Below are positions 1-8,735 of a DNA stretch of 64,000 bases, piece after piece (within the stretch, counting starts at the first letter, position 1; each line of letters opens with the position of its first letter). The notes under the pieces were generated by a model. It ran no database searches and was not told where the DNA came from. It saw only the letters and a program-made list of their open reading frames with translations. Source of the DNA: Candidatus Woesearchaeota archaeon. GTDB taxonomy: Archaea; Nanobdellota; Nanobdellia; Woesearchaeales; JBJKQO01. Where the stretch lies: assembly GCA_046705145.1 (NCBI GenBank), contig JBJKQO010000033.1:4023-68022 (forward strand). The letters are read 5' to 3'. Both the position numbers and the translations under genes were made by a program.

Positions 1-635
1 AGGCAGACATAGTTTGTCTTCCTCTCAAATTCTGGAACCTTTATCTTTCCGAAAAGATTCACCATCGCCTCGATGTCTTTTTTTGCGTCTTTTAGCTCCT
101 TTAATATGCCGTTGATCTGCTCCTGCGTCGGAACAGAATAGAATCCGCCTACTTTTGTCGTAAGACTGTGTATCTCCCTTCCTCCGATCACTGCACACAT
201 CTTGTTTGCAAGAGCTTTTAGCTTCAATGCTCTTTTGACCTCAGGAAGGTGCTTCTCTGCCATGTCAAGCGCGTTATCAAATCCAAGATAGTCAGGAAGC
301 GCCAGGAAATATAGGTGCAGAACATGGCTTTGGATCACTGAAGAGTTCATGAGTATCTCCCTAAGCATCCTCGTCTGCTTTGAGACCTTTACGCCAAGCG
401 CATTTTCGATAGCCATAAGGGCCACTATGTTATGGGCCTGGCTGCATATCCCGCATATCCTCTGTGTTATGCCAGGGATCTCGTGGTACATCCTTCCCTT
501 GACTATCCCCTCATAATATCTTGCCCCTTCAAATATCTCAAACTTGACGTCTTCAACCTCTCCTTTGTGTACCTTCACGTACAGCTTTCCGTGGCCTTCA
601 ACCTTTGTTATATGATTTAGCTCTATCGTGCTCAT
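1..635 (-). CDS. [NiFe] hydrogenase large (alpha) subunit, N-terminal part (gene continues beyond window start)
   Basis: Reverse-strand translation from ATG at 635-633 reads MSTIELNHITKVEGHGKLYVKVHKGEVEDVKFEIFEGARYYEGIVKGRMYHEIPGITQRICGICSQAHN..., which contains the N-terminal Ni-binding RxCGxC motif (RICGICS). The start codon overlaps the stop of the upstream small-subunit gene in an ATGA arrangement. It is not in the ORF track because it runs off the window edge. Confidence 0.8.
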   Translation of the reverse strand, partial: MSTIELNHITKVEGHGKLYVKVHKGEVEDVKFEIFEGARYYEGIVKGRMYHEIPGITQRICGICSQAHNIVALMAIENALGVKVSKQTRMLREILMNSSVIQSHVLHLYFLALPDYLGFDNALDMAEKHLPEVKRALKLKALANKMCAVIGGREIHSLTTKVGGFYSVPTQEQINGILKELKDAKKDIEAMVNLFGKIKVPEFERKTNYVC

Positions 636-1576
636 TTTATATCAAACCTGTTACCTGCAAACTTGATGAAAAGCCTGACAAGCTCCTCTTTGTTCATGCC
701 TTTCTCCTCAAACACTTTTATTATCGCCTGTGTCGAGGCATCTTTTAACGGGCCCCTGCATGACTCGCAAGGGCTTCCAAACGAAGTGCATATCGCATCG
801 CAGCCGCCAACAGTTATAGGGCCCATGCAAAGCTCTCCTTTCTGAAGCAGGCAAGGATTCTCCTTTAGCCTGCACTCATTGCACACAGGATGGCTGTATG
901 TCTTTGGCTTCTGTCCTGCAAGCAGCTTCTTCAAAAGGTCTATCAGCTCATGCTTGTTTATAGGGCATCCCCTGACATAATAATCCACCTTTATGTACTT
1001 GTCTATCCCAAATGAGTCTAAGGATGAGGTTGGAGGGTTTTTCCCATAGACATACCTCACTGCAGCCTCCTTGTCGATGAAATTCCTTATCGACTGAAGC
1101 CCTCCCTCGCAGGCGCATGCTCCTATCGCTATCACAACCCCTGCGTTCTCCCTTATCCTGCAGACTTCCTTTTCCTGGGCCTTTGTCGTTATCGATCCTT
1201 CGATTATCGCAACATCGACCTTTGAATCAGGATTGTTCGTTTCTCTGACCATATGGAAACTGACAATGTCTATCTTTCCTGCTATGTCAAGCAGAAGGTC
1301 TTCTGAATGCACGAGCTCAAGCTGGCATCCTGAGCAGGCAGTAAATGAGTAGATCCCTACTGTCGGCACGCCTTTTTTTGGCTTTGGCTTGTATATCTTT
1401 GGCATTGCAGGCACGTTGATCTTTTTTGCCTGTGATACGATCTCCTGAGTGGGCTTGGGTGAAGGTCCTGATTTTTTTTCTTTTGAGACTGGCTTTGCTA
1501 CCTTTTTTGCAGGAGCTTTTGCTAGCGCCTTCTTCTTAACAGCTTTCTTTATCGGTTTATTTACTTTTTTTGCCAT
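632..1576 (-). CDS. [NiFe] hydrogenase small (delta) subunit with a Lys/Ala/Pro-rich N-terminal extension
   Basis: The conserved small-subunit core (MPKIYKPKPKKGVPTVGIYSFTACSGCQ ... GCPINKHELIDLL ... CMGPITVGGCDAIC) has Cys clusters typical of the NuoB-like hydrogenase small subunit. I take the start as ATG 1576-1574 (MAKKVNKPIKK...), which overlaps the gamma stop as ATGA; the ORF-track start at 1636 would overlap gamma by 59 nt. About 75 aa of KKAVKKKALAKAPAKKVAKPVSKEKK precede the conserved core. Confidence 0.8.
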   Translation of the reverse strand: MAKKVNKPIKKAVKKKALAKAPAKKVAKPVSKEKKSGPSPKPTQEIVSQAKKINVPAMPKIYKPKPKKGVPTVGIYSFTACSGCQLELVHSEDLLLDIAGKIDIVSFHMVRETNNPDSKVDVAIIEGSITTKAQEKEVCRIRENAGVVIAIGACACEGGLQSIRNFIDKEAAVRYVYGKNPPTSSLDSFGIDKYIKVDYYVRGCPINKHELIDLLKKLLAGQKPKTYSHPVCNECRLKENPCLLQKGELCMGPITVGGCDAICTSFGSPCESCRGPLKDASTQAIIKVFEEKGMNKEELVRLFIKFAGNRFDIK

Positions 1577-1577
1577 A

Positions 1578-2429
1578 TCAATCAACAAGGTATTTGCTCT
1601 TTCCGTAATTAAACACAGGACCGTCTTTGCAGACATATTCTGACTCGATCATGCAGTGCCCGCATTTTCCTATCCCGCACTTCATGTTCCTCTCAAGTGA
1701 GACATATATCTGATGGTCCCCAAAACCCAGCTTCTTAAGCACTTTTATCACGAATTTTATCATTATGGGCGGGCCGCATGTAAGGACTGTCGTGTTAGCG
1801 ATAGAAACTTGGCTTTTCTCAAGAAGGTCTGTTATCAGGCCGACATTTCCGTTCCATTTCCCTTCTGCCTTGTCAACAGTCACCTTAAGGTTGAACTCTT
1901 TTTTCCATCTTTCCATGTCTTTCCTAAACATTATGAACTCCGGAGACCTGTATCCCATGAAGATGTCGACCTTACCATACCTGTCCTTGTTCTTCTCAAT
2001 GTACTGGATAACCGATCTCAGAGGAGCTATTCCTGTTCCTCCGCCTACAAGCACAAGGTTTTGGCCTTCGATGTCTTTCATAGGATAACCGTTGCCATAA
2101 GGGCCCCTTATCAGGAACTCGTCTTTTGCTTTCATCTTGTGCATCGCATTCGTGACGTTCCCGACATTTCTTACGCAAAGCTCTATAAAGCTGTCTGAGT
2201 AGGAGCACACGGATATTGCGCATTCTCCTATGGATGGCACCATGACCTCGACGAACTGGCCTGGAAGGCATTTTTGGTTAAACTTTACCTTATACGTCTT
2301 TATATCAAATGTTTCCTGTACGACTGAGTCGATCTTAAAGGGAACAGGCATGTAAGGGTTAACGTCCTTTTTCTCCTTTTCCGCCTTCACGTCCTGCTTC
2401 TTTGTTTCTTTTTTCTTCTTCATGATCAT
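1578..2429 (-). CDS. hydrogenase gamma subunit, FAD/NAD(P)-binding oxidoreductase with a C-terminal [2Fe-2S] motif (HydG / PyrK-like)
   Basis: Ferredoxin-NADP reductase-like fold (GPYGNGYP, LVGGGTGIAPL) with a C-terminal CGIGKCGHC 2Fe-2S motif. The likely start is MIMKKKK at 2429, giving an ATGA overlap with the beta stop at 2426-2428. The ORF-track start at 2510 would overlap beta by 85 nt. Confidence 0.75.
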   Translation of the reverse strand: MIMKKKKETKKQDVKAEKEKKDVNPYMPVPFKIDSVVQETFDIKTYKVKFNQKCLPGQFVEVMVPSIGECAISVCSYSDSFIELCVRNVGNVTNAMHKMKAKDEFLIRGPYGNGYPMKDIEGQNLVLVGGGTGIAPLRSVIQYIEKNKDRYGKVDIFMGYRSPEFIMFRKDMERWKKEFNLKVTVDKAEGKWNGNVGLITDLLEKSQVSIANTTVLTCGPPIMIKFVIKVLKKLGFGDHQIYVSLERNMKCGIGKCGHCMIESEYVCKDGPVFNYGKSKYLVD

Positions 2430-3424
2430 TCTGTCCTTATCTTGTTTACTATATCGACAAAGTCTATCCCTGCAGGGCAGACTGTTATGCACCTGCCGCA
2501 GCCGACACACATGTTCCTGCCGTGCCTGTCCCTGTAGTATTTCAGCTTGTGGTATATCCTGTGCTTGAACCTGTGCAGCTTCTCATCCCTAAACACAAAC
2601 CCTCCTGCAACCTCTGTAAAATCAGGCCTCTTGCATGAGTCCCACTCCCTTATCCTGGAACCAGATTCTCCTGACAGGTCAGGAACATCCTTGATGTCAA
2701 AACACATGCAGTTAGGACACGCTATCGTGCAGGCATTGCAGTATAAGCACTTATCAGAACCTTCCTTCCAGACAGAATCCGGAAACTTTGAGTCAAGCTT
2801 TGTTGGCTCAAAAAGCTTCTTTTCACAATTTACCTTTATAAAACCCTCCCGGAGGACTGGGCTGAAGAGCTTGCTCTTTGATGTTATCGCTCTTCCCTTA
2901 TCTGAATTGACACTGACTATGTACTTGTCACCAACATCTATAAAATAAAGATCGTAATTTGTCGTCTCAGAAGTGTTCATTGACGTGCAGAAGCAGTTCT
3001 TATCCGGCTTAAGGCACTTAAATACCACCAGAAGCGTGTTTTTCCTTCTTGCCTCATAATAAGGGTCTGGCATCTCGTCAAGGAAAAGCCGGTCTGTTAT
3101 TAGGAGAGAGTTTGCGTCGCAGGGATGCATTATTATAGCTCTCTTCTCTTTGGATATGTTTGAGATTATGCCTTTTTTGTCATAGCCCATAATAGCCTCT
3201 TTTGGAGGGAGAAAGAACTTTTTTGGGGAATAGTCTGTCTGCTTGTCAAGCACGAGATCTTCAGGAACGTTTATCCTGTCAAAAGTCAGAACTCCGTTTT
3301 TTCTTGTAGGGCCTATGAGCTCATATTCTTTTTTTAGGTCATCAAAAAACTTTGCCAAATCACTCTTTTTAAAGATATTTTTCATTTTTTTGCAGACTGC
3401 CCCACAATATCTTGTTTTCACCAA
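2426..3424 (-). CDS. hydrogenase beta subunit, 4Fe-4S cluster protein (HydB-like)
   Basis: Two CxxCxxCxxxCP ferredoxin motifs (CLYCNACTIACPNC, CVGCGRCITVCP) plus additional Cys-rich segments. The order beta-gamma-delta-alpha matches group-3b sulfhydrogenase-type operons. An alternative start is MKNIF at 3385. Confidence 0.7.
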   Translation of the reverse strand: MVKTRYCGAVCKKMKNIFKKSDLAKFFDDLKKEYELIGPTRKNGVLTFDRINVPEDLVLDKQTDYSPKKFFLPPKEAIMGYDKKGIISNISKEKRAIIMHPCDANSLLITDRLFLDEMPDPYYEARRKNTLLVVFKCLKPDKNCFCTSMNTSETTNYDLYFIDVGDKYIVSVNSDKGRAITSKSKLFSPVLREGFIKVNCEKKLFEPTKLDSKFPDSVWKEGSDKCLYCNACTIACPNCMCFDIKDVPDLSGESGSRIREWDSCKRPDFTEVAGGFVFRDEKLHRFKHRIYHKLKYYRDRHGRNMCVGCGRCITVCPAGIDFVDIVNKIRTE

Positions 3425-3686
3425 ATAAAGCCGTATTATATAAACTTTTCTTAGTTTTCAGACGAAAAAAAAGGAAACTTTATAAGCAAAATTACTTTAA
3501 AATAGTAACGCCAACCGAAGGTTTATTTCACAAAAAAATGTGATTTGCCCTCTCGGTTGGCGGACTCAAAAATTCGCAATAAATAACCTGTCTTCGATTT
3601 CGCGAACTTTTGAGTGAAAAAATTATGCAAAAGCTTTTATATACAAATGGCTTATATATTCCCTTATCGGAACAAAAAAAAGGTGA

Positions 3687-4688
3687 ATGACATTGGTTAG
3701 AGTAGCAATAAACGGATTTGGAAGGATAGGAAGGCTAGTCTTTAGGGCAGGCTACAAAGAACTGGATATAGTTGCAATAAACGATCTTGGGGACGTCAAG
3801 ACGATGGCCCATCTTCTTAAGTATGATTCAACACACGGAAAGCTCAACGCAAATATAGAGGTAAGGGATAAAAACATAGTTGTTGACGGAAAAGAGATAG
3901 TGATGTGTGCCGAGCGCGACCCTGAAAAGCTGCCATGGAAAGAACTAGGCATAGATGTGGTGGTAGAATCGACAGGGTTCTTCACGAAAAAGAAGGATGC
4001 TGAAAAACACATAAAGGCAGGAGCAAAAAAAGTCCTGATATCCGCACCATACTCCGGAGATGATCCTGTTAAGACAATAGTCATGGGAGTGAATGAGCAT
4101 GAGTACAACAAGGAAACAGACCATGTCATAAGCAATGCTTCATGCACCACAAACTGTCTTGCCCCTGTCGTCAAGGTGCTCAATGATAATTTTGGGGTCA
4201 AGCGCGGGCTTATGACAACAGTCCACGCAGTCACAAACGACCAGAACGTACTTGACCTTCCGCACAAGGACCTGAGAAGGGCAAGATCAGCCTATGAGAG
4301 CATCATACCAACAACAACTGGTGCTGCAAAAGCAGTCGCTCTCGTGATACCTCAGCTTAAGGGAAAGCTGCACGGCATGGCCATGAGAGTACCAGTAAAA
4401 GACGCTTCGATAGTCGATTTCACTGCAGAACTTAACAAGGAAGCAAGCGTCGACCAGATAAACAGCCTGTTTAAGTCAGTCACAAACAACGAGCTTAAAG
4501 GTATAATCGAGTACTGTGACGAGCCTCTTGTCTCATTTGACATGATAGGCAACAAGCACTCATCAATATTTGACTCGCAGCTCACCCAGGTCATAGAAGG
4601 AAACCTCATAAAGGTAGTTGCCTGGTACGACAACGAATGGGGCTACTCCAACAGGATGGTAGACGTAGTCAAGCTGATGATGAGGTAA
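3687..4688 (+). CDS. gap: glyceraldehyde-3-phosphate dehydrogenase, type I (bacterial/eukaryotic type)
   Basis: VRVAINGFGRIGR NAD-binding motif, the active-site SNASCTTNCLAPV, and a C-terminal WYDNEWGYSNR. The GGTGA Shine-Dalgarno sequence abuts ATG 3687. A TTG at 3696 (giving MVRVAINGF) with 7-nt spacing is a plausible true start. Confidence 0.85.
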   Translation: MTLVRVAINGFGRIGRLVFRAGYKELDIVAINDLGDVKTMAHLLKYDSTHGKLNANIEVRDKNIVVDGKEIVMCAERDPEKLPWKELGIDVVVESTGFFTKKKDAEKHIKAGAKKVLISAPYSGDDPVKTIVMGVNEHEYNKETDHVISNASCTTNCLAPVVKVLNDNFGVKRGLMTTVHAVTNDQNVLDLPHKDLRRARSAYESIIPTTTGAAKAVALVIPQLKGKLHGMAMRVPVKDASIVDFTAELNKEASVDQINSLFKSVTNNELKGIIEYCDEPLVSFDMIGNKHSSIFDSQLTQVIEGNLIKVVAWYDNEWGYSNRMVDVVKLMMR

Positions 4689-4695
4689 TTTTGGA

Positions 4696-4815
4696 CGCTG
4701 GGGACGGGAGTTTCAGTAAAACTAACCCATAGCTAACACATTTGAACCCGCGTGACACGGGAAAAGTGTCAACCTGATCTTCAGCCAGGCGCCATACCAG
4801 ACTATACCACCCCAG
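4696..4815 (-). tRNA. tRNA-like gene, possibly tRNA-Phe(GAA), carrying non-canonical introns including one in the T-loop
   Basis: Acceptor stem GCTGGGG/CCCCAGC, anticodon arm CCTGG-CTGAAGA-TCAGG with the classic Phe loop, and T-arm GCGGG-TTCAAA[31-nt insert]T-CCCGT. There is also a ~16-nt insert in the variable region. I could not fold the D-arm cleanly by eye. Confidence 0.35.
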
Positions 4816-5044
4816 CTTTGTCCAAAGATTTATATATGAGTATTATAATACTAGTTCATACGGGAAAAGTGTCAGCCTGGTTTTCAGCCAGGTTATTTTC
4901 TTTATTTTTTGCAAAAAGAACTCATTAATAAGCCTATGCTGCTTTTTTTCGGAGGGTTTTCGATTACTCGTATAATATTAACAATATGGGTAATAATGAG
5001 TAAGGTGAGAAAACTTTAAATATCTTGCATTTTTATTATTATGT

Positions 5045-5614
5045 ATGGTTAATTTAGAAACTGTAATTAGTTGGTTTCATACTAATTTTGAAGGAATCTT
5101 ATTCATAGCTTCATTGATTATATTAAGCATTTCCTTCAATAGACTATCTAAAAGTGAATCCTATAAAAAGTTCTTAATAGAATCCAAACCTATATTAACG
5201 AAGATAAAGACTACAGCAGGAAAATTTTTAGCTTTTGCTTTTTTTATTACATTAATTGCATCAATTTTTTTACACATATTACAACCGGAAATTTTCCCAA
5301 ATTTTATTTCTAATCTTGCAATTTCAGCTTTAGCCTTAGGTGCATTTACTGTTGCTATGGCGAATTTAGTAAATAATACAAAAATTGAACAGGAAGCAAT
5401 GAGATATAGACACCTAGCTGAAGATTTTATTTCTTCAGGAGTTTATTTCATTTTTAGTTATTTTTTTTGGATAGTTGTCGTTTATAACGAAAAAAACACA
5501 AGTAATATAATTGAAAGTATAGTTTCGGTGTATTCTGTTTTAACAGTCATTGCCCTTATAGGAGCCATAATATTAATGATTTCTGGTATGTGGAAACTTG
5601 TAAATAGAAATTAA
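5045..5614 (+). CDS. hypothetical membrane protein (AT-rich, 4-5 predicted TM helices)
   Basis: Hydrophobic segments (ILFIASLIILSI, FLAFAFFITLIASIF, AISALALGAFTVAMA, YFIFSYFFWIVVVY). Its composition is much more AT-rich than the flanking genes. Confidence 0.4.
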   Translation: MVNLETVISWFHTNFEGILFIASLIILSISFNRLSKSESYKKFLIESKPILTKIKTTAGKFLAFAFFITLIASIFLHILQPEIFPNFISNLAISALALGAFTVAMANLVNNTKIEQEAMRYRHLAEDFISSGVYFIFSYFFWIVVVYNEKNTSNIIESIVSVYSVLTVIALIGAIILMISGMWKLVNRN

Positions 5615-5689
5615 TTTTCTCACATCTACTTTCTCCTAAATAATCTCTCAAACCACAACACTTAATAACCTCATGACCTAAATGAGTCT

Positions 5690-6895
5690 ATGCCGATCAA
5701 AGTTTCTGTAAAAGAATGTAAGGATTATGATCCTGATAAGGTCTATTTTGAGATAAAAGCTGCGCTTTCTGAGATAGGATATGTGTTTAAGCCAGGGCTT
5801 AACGTCCTTATCAAGCCTAATCTTCTTAGTTCTGAGCCTCCTGAAAAGGCTGTTACCACACATCCTGCAGTCCTTGATGCTGTGTGCAGGATACTAAAGG
5901 AGAACAAATGCCATATCTCTGTCGGAGAATCAAGAGGGTTCTATCGCGATTATGGGACACAAGAAGCATTCAAGGTTTCAGGACTATGGGATATAGCAAA
6001 GAAACACAACGCCAAGATAATAATCTTTGAAAAAGAAAAAGTAAGGGAGATAAAAGATGACAGCTCAGCTGTACTTAAGGAGATGCTTCTTTCAGATTAC
6101 GTGCTTACAGCAGACCTTGTGATCAACCTTCCAAAGCTAAAGACCCACAGCTTCCAGAAATATACGGGGGCTGTAAAGAACCTTTATGGCTGCGTGCCAG
6201 GAGCAGTGAAGCAGAAATACCACATGCATGCAAGAAAGATCGATGATTTTGCAGACCTCCTCCTTGACATTTACCTTCAGATAAAACCAGGGCTTAACAT
6301 CATGGACGCTATAGTCGGGCTTGAAGGCCAGGGCCCTGGCTCGACAGGAAAGCCAAAGGCCACAGGCCTGATAATCGCCTCAGAAAACGCGCTGGCACTT
6401 GACATCGTCGCTTCAAAGATAATAGGCTTTGTCCCAAAAGAGATTCCTGTGATATCACAAGCCATTAAGAGAGGGCTTATTGACATTGATGATGTCTGCG
6501 CCACAGGAAAAGATTTCCATGTAAACTACCGCAAGCCTCTCGTAGCATCGATACCTCCAGTTGTTGATAAGATCGTCTTTAACAGCGTCTACGTATTTCC
6601 ACAGTTTGACAAAGAAAAGTGCGTAAGGTGCGGAATATGCAAGAGCGTGTGCCCTGCGAAAGCAATAAATATGAGTCCGTATCCTGGATTAGACAAAAGC
6701 AGATGCATAAGGTGCTACTGCTGCCATGAGATGTGCCCTCACAGCGCGATAGAGCTGAAAAGGTCCATGATCATAAGGGCGCTTAGCGCCATGCGAAGAG
6801 CAGTGCTTGCTGCTACAAAGCCATTCCATAAAAAACAAAAAAAGGTGTGCCTCAAAGAAAATGAGGGGGCGCGTCCTAAGGTCAAAACTCCTTAA
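5690..6895 (+). CDS. DUF362 domain protein fused to a 2x[4Fe-4S] ferredoxin domain
   Basis: The N-terminal region resembles DUF362 (LIKPNL...THP...). The C-terminus carries CVRCGICKSVCP and CIRCYCCHEMCP ferredoxin motifs. Confidence 0.6.
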   Translation: MPIKVSVKECKDYDPDKVYFEIKAALSEIGYVFKPGLNVLIKPNLLSSEPPEKAVTTHPAVLDAVCRILKENKCHISVGESRGFYRDYGTQEAFKVSGLWDIAKKHNAKIIIFEKEKVREIKDDSSAVLKEMLLSDYVLTADLVINLPKLKTHSFQKYTGAVKNLYGCVPGAVKQKYHMHARKIDDFADLLLDIYLQIKPGLNIMDAIVGLEGQGPGSTGKPKATGLIIASENALALDIVASKIIGFVPKEIPVISQAIKRGLIDIDDVCATGKDFHVNYRKPLVASIPPVVDKIVFNSVYVFPQFDKEKCVRCGICKSVCPAKAINMSPYPGLDKSRCIRCYCCHEMCPHSAIELKRSMIIRALSAMRRAVLAATKPFHKKQKKVCLKENEGARPKVKTP

Positions 6896-7022
6896 CGATT
6901 AAACATTAAGTCCGTCGTGGGGGAGGCCCCATCCGGGGAAGACGGACAATTAAGTGATGAAAATAAGAGTTTTGAAGATGCTCCCCTCATTTAAATGAGT
7001 AACTAAAAAAAGGTGTGCAAAA

Positions 7023-8198
7023 ATGAAGTTTCGAAAGATTGATGAATTTGTTTTTGATGACAAGAAAGTGCTTCTGAGAGCTGATTTCAACGTGCCTGTC
7101 GACGACAAAGGTAACGTATTAAATGACAAGAAGATAAGGGCGACGATCCCCACCATAAAAAAGCTTCTTGACAAGAATGCCAGGCAGATAATCATCATGT
7201 CCCATCTTGGAAGGCCAAAAGGACAGGTAGTTGAAAAATGGAAGATGAACAGTGTTGCGAAGAGGCTTTCTGAACTTTTAGGACAAGAAGTAGTCAAGCT
7301 TGATAACTGCATAGACGTTGTCATACCTAAAGACAAGAAGCTTGTGATGCTTGAAAACCTGAGGTTTCATGCAGAGGAAAAGAGCAATGACATGGCATTT
7401 GCAAGGAAGCTTGCAGGACTCGGCCATGTCTATGTAAATGACGCTTTTGGCGTATCCCACAGGGCAGACGCCTCGCTTGACGCTATCGCGCAGCGCCTTC
7501 CAGGATGCGCAGGGCTTCTCATGCAAAAAGAGATAGAGACCCTCGGAAATGCGATGGAATCTCCTCAAAGGCCTTTTGTCGCGATAATCGGAGGGCTTAA
7601 GGTCTCTGACAAGATACTTTTGATCGAGCACCTCCTGCCAAAAGTTGACACCCTCATAATAGGAGGGGCTATGATGTTTACTTTCTGGAAGGCAAAAGGA
7701 TATGAGATCTCAAACTCCATCGTCGAACAGGACAAGATCGAATTTGCAAAAGGCCTTCTTAAGAACCCAAAGATCGTACTTCCTGTCGATACCCTTGCAG
7801 GAAAGGAGATGAAGCCAGGCACAGAGAAGAAAGAGTTTGATGACAACAAGATGGAGCCGGGCTGGATAGGCCTTGACGTGGGCAGGAAAAGCGTCGATCT
7901 TTTCAAGACCCGGCTGCAGCACGCGTCGACTATACTTTGGAACGGCCCGCTAGGATGGTTTGAGGACCCTCAGTTTGAAAGCGGCACAAAAGAGTTAGCA
8001 AAAGCGCTTGCAGCCTCGACTGCCCTTACGATAGTAGGAGGAGGAGAAAGCGCTACAGCGATCGAGAAATACGGACTTCAGGACAAGATCACCCATGTCT
8101 CGACAGGAGGAGGAGCATGCATAGAGTTTATCGAAGGAAAAGAGCTTCCAGGCATCAAGGCTCTTGAGAAGAATATAAGCCTGTTCCCTCAGGAGTGA
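7023..8198 (+). CDS. pgk: phosphoglycerate kinase
   Basis: RADFNVP, IIIMSHLGRPKG and GGGA...STGGGA motifs. An AGGTG Shine-Dalgarno sequence lies 9 nt upstream. Confidence 0.9.
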   Translation: MKFRKIDEFVFDDKKVLLRADFNVPVDDKGNVLNDKKIRATIPTIKKLLDKNARQIIIMSHLGRPKGQVVEKWKMNSVAKRLSELLGQEVVKLDNCIDVVIPKDKKLVMLENLRFHAEEKSNDMAFARKLAGLGHVYVNDAFGVSHRADASLDAIAQRLPGCAGLLMQKEIETLGNAMESPQRPFVAIIGGLKVSDKILLIEHLLPKVDTLIIGGAMMFTFWKAKGYEISNSIVEQDKIEFAKGLLKNPKIVLPVDTLAGKEMKPGTEKKEFDDNKMEPGWIGLDVGRKSVDLFKTRLQHASTILWNGPLGWFEDPQFESGTKELAKALAASTALTIVGGGESATAIEKYGLQDKITHVSTGGGACIEFIEGKELPGIKALEKNISLFPQE

Positions 8199-8261
8199 TT
8201 CATCATCATACAGAGACAAATACCGATATTTTTATAAATTGATCTTTAATCTCCTTTTTTT

Positions 8262-8735
8262 ATGGGTTGTATAAGCAAGTTAGGATTCGCTCTTGGTAGA
8301 ATTTTTCCTGTAAATGTAACTGGAAGAGTCATTCGTCACCAGGATCTTTTTTTGTATAGCGAACCAAGGCTAGATGAAGCACTTCTAAAGTTATTAGAAT
8401 CTGATGGATCAATTGATGATACAGATAGGGCACTTGCAGCTATATTAGCAAAAAATTTACAGATGAATAGGCAACCAAATGCAGCCAGGATAGCATTTCA
8501 AGATGAAAGAAAGAGATGCCATCATGTTTTAGCCCCAGGAGAGATAGGTATGGCCCTTAAAGATAAGTCCTTATCTGGATTAGTACGCCTTGAACTATAT
8601 GGGCTGCCAGGGGATTTTCATGTTCCTCCTGCCCCCTCTCATTTTCCTGAACCTTATAATCATGGAACCTGGGTAGTAAGAAGATATCAACCTATTAGTC
8701 CACAATCTCGATCTCCACGCCAAACATATCGCTGA
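8262..8735 (+). CDS. hypothetical protein
   Basis: 157-aa ORF with atypical codon usage and no recognisable motif. Its 3' end overlaps the convergent coiled-coil gene. Confidence 0.25.
   Translation: MGCISKLGFALGRIFPVNVTGRVIRHQDLFLYSEPRLDEALLKLLESDGSIDDTDRALAAILAKNLQMNRQPNAARIAFQDERKRCHHVLAPGEIGMALKDKSLSGLVRLELYGLPGDFHVPPAPSHFPEPYNHGTWVVRRYQPISPQSRSPRQTYR

Noticed and set aside
1449-1643. Small plus-strand ORF 1449-1643 and the 1636 start for the hydrogenase small subunit
   Set aside because: It overlaps the gamma/delta junction. The ATGA-coupled start at 1576 is more consistent with the other junctions in the operon.
3752-4267. Antisense ORFs inside well-supported genes (for example 3752-4267 minus in gap, 19137-19685 plus and 20397-20720 plus in the thermosome gene, 6277-6504 minus, 7278-7906 minus, 30620-30994 plus)
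   Set aside because: Shadow ORFs on the opposite strand of strongly conserved coding sequences, with low-complexity Ser/Leu/Pro-rich translations and no motifs.
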